In this document: piece by piece, positions 15,457-16,901 of the stretch
Position numbering within the stretch: the first letter of the stretch is position 1
Layout of the letters: each line of letters starts with the position of its first letter
NCBI GenBank assembly: GCA_964247135.1
Contig: CAXTTL010000098.1
Span: forward strand, 1-16,901
DNA from: an uncultured Deinococcales bacterium
Lineage (GTDB): Bacteria; Deinococcota; Deinococci; Deinococcales; JAAFIG01
Reading direction: 5' to 3'
DNA: 16,901 bases
Program-made: the position numbers and the translations under genes
The notes under the pieces: model-generated
Database searches by the model: none
What the model was told of the DNA's origin: nothing
Seen by the model: only the letters and a program-made list of their open reading frames with translations

Positions 15457-16901
15457 GTTCCAAGAAGCCAAGAATAAACTCGGCGCTGCAAGATCAGTAC
15501 GCCCGCATCACCGCCGACGTGACCCGTTTGCGTGACGAGGCGGTGAGGCTCGAGCAGGATTTCGCTTCCGACTTGAAACAAATTCGCGCCCCGTACCTCG
15601 AGAGCGCCCGCAACCTTGTGCATTACCTGGCGTTGCGGCGCAAGGATTTGCGAACCACCCAGCTAGAGCTGCAACGCCTTGGGCTGAGTTCGCTCGGCAG
15701 GATGGAAGCGAACGTCCTGCCAACCCTAGATGCGGTGCTGACCGCCCTAAACCGTCTGTCCGTCTCGAGCTTTCCAAACAACCTCGAGCCGATGCCTGAC
15801 CCCAGGGCGGGTGACCGCCTGCTGAAAAACCACACCGCAAAAATGTTCGGCGCAAGTCCAAAGCAGCGCTCGGTTCGGATCATGGTCACGATGCCGAGCC
15901 AAGCCGCCAACGATGACGGTTTGATCGGGCAACTGCTCGAGTTTGGCATGGACATCATGCGGATCAACTGCGCCCATGACGACGCGGACACCTGGTCGCA
16001 GATGCTCGAGCATCGCCGCGCCCAAACCGCACGCCTCGGGCGGACGTGCCGCGTGGTTTTTGATCTGGCTGGACCGAAATTGCGCACCGGTCAGATCGTC
16101 CTCGGTCCAGAGGTGCTCAAAATCAAACCGACCCGCGACGCGTTGGGGCGTGTGAACATTCCGGCTCGAGTGATCCTGACCAGTTCAACACTCGAGCCGC
16201 AGGTGGGCACAGGGCTTGGTTTGCAACGCATTCCAGTCGTCGAGGCATCGCTCCTCGAACACTGTCAGCCTGGTGACCATTTTGAGCTGACCGATGCCCG
16301 AGGTCGCGCTCGAGGGCTAGGGGTGATCGAAGTCGCTGATCAGGAGATCATTTGCACCACGGATCGCACCGTTTACCTGACCTCCGAGATGCCGATTCAT
16401 CTGCACCGCAAGGGCAAGCCTGTTTTGAAGGGTCAGATTGGCACACTGCCCGCCATCCCGCAATTCCTCGAGTTGAGTGTCGGGGATGTCTTGATCTTGA
16501 CGCGCGAGGCGATTCCTGGCGAGAACGCTAGCCTCGAGGCTGGCACCATAAAGCCAGCCCACATTGCCTGTACGCTGCCCGAGGTCTTCAACGATGTCCA
16601 GGTCGGTCAGCGCATCTTTTTTGATGACGGCAAGATTTCTGGACGCATCCGCAAAGTCGGGGCGCAGCGGCTCGAGGTCGAAATCACGCACCTCGTGGGC
16701 AGAACAGCAAAGCTTCGCGCCGAGAAGGGCATCAATTTGCCGGATACGGATTTTCATTTGTCCGCCCTGAGCAGCCAAGACCTCAAGGATTTGCAATTTA
16801 TTGTCGAGCACGGCGATATGGTCTCGCTCTCGTTCGTGCGCAGCCGCCATGACATCGAGGCGCTGATCGCCGAACTCGAGCGTCTGGGCGGAGGTCAGAT
16901 C
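15453..16901 (+). CDS. pyk: Pyruvate kinase, long form with N-terminal extension (3' partial)
   Basis: Open frame from ATG 15453 to the window end. Motifs SARNLVHYLALRR, LGLSSLGR, RIMVTMP, GMDIMRINCAH, DLAGPKLRTG, FFDDGKI, EKGINLP and SFVR. Absent from the ORF track because there is no stop in the window. Confidence 0.93.
   Translation, partial: MSSKKPRINSALQDQYARITADVTRLRDEAVRLEQDFASDLKQIRAPYLESARNLVHYLALRRKDLRTTQLELQRLGLSSLGRMEANVLPTLDAVLTALNRLSVSSFPNNLEPMPDPRAGDRLLKNHTAKMFGASPKQRSVRIMVTMPSQAANDDGLIGQLLEFGMDIMRINCAHDDADTWSQMLEHRRAQTARLGRTCRVVFDLAGPKLRTGQIVLGPEVLKIKPTRDALGRVNIPARVILTSSTLEPQVGTGLGLQRIPVVEASLLEHCQPGDHFELTDARGRARGLGVIEVADQEIICTTDRTVYLTSEMPIHLHRKGKPVLKGQIGTLPAIPQFLELSVGDVLILTREAIPGENASLEAGTIKPAHIACTLPEVFNDVQVGQRIFFDDGKISGRIRKVGAQRLEVEITHLVGRTAKLRAEKGINLPDTDFHLSALSSQDLKDLQFIVEHGDMVSLSFVRSRHDIEALIAELERLGGGQI

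Larger units (their letters stand above)
111..16880. repeat. Highly iterated palindrome CTCGAG, dispersed (about 98 copies)
   Basis: Manual count of about 98, e.g. 111, 229, 757, 795, 989, 1646, 1674, 1687, 4501, 5061, 5106, 5130, 10883, 10920, 10950, 10993, 13965, 13993, 16875. That is about one per 170 bp. Confidence 0.95.

Noticed and set aside
111-16880. CTCGAG sites as XhoI cloning or ligation artefacts
   Set aside because: Reading frames and conserved motifs run intact through the sites in xfp, pyk and others, which chimeric ligation would not preserve.

Overview
Bacterial chromosomal window with about 22 CDSs, all on the + strand. Deinococcota is my tentative guess, from the Thermus-like ferredoxin C-terminus. 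Left to right: ferredoxin 3' end, DoxX/DoxD membrane protein, phosphoketolase (xfp), Tat-signal Acg-type nitroreductase, LiaF-like protein, HemG-type flavodoxin, several small membrane proteins, membrane-anchored PAF-AH-like alpha/beta hydrolase, SRPBCC plus RibD_C/DHFR-like pair, low-GC DUF6326/DUF4386-like pair, CPBP protease, further membrane proteins, a DUF6544-like protein and a long-form pyruvate kinase running off the right edge. Three non-gene signals stand out. (1) The palindrome CTCGAG occurs about 98 times by hand count against roughly 4-5 expected, in all three reading frames and most intergenic regions, like cyanobacterial HIP1; it drops out over a 1.2 kb low-GC islet. (2) Four intergenic regions share the architecture GTAAY-N6-GTAAY-N10-NANSCT, which has pho-box/OmpR-family geometry and suggests a local regulon. 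(3) Two genes have a strong SD followed by an in-frame ATC where ATG is expected. No RNA genes, transposases or CRISPR arrays were seen. Family assignments come from motif recognition, not database searches.
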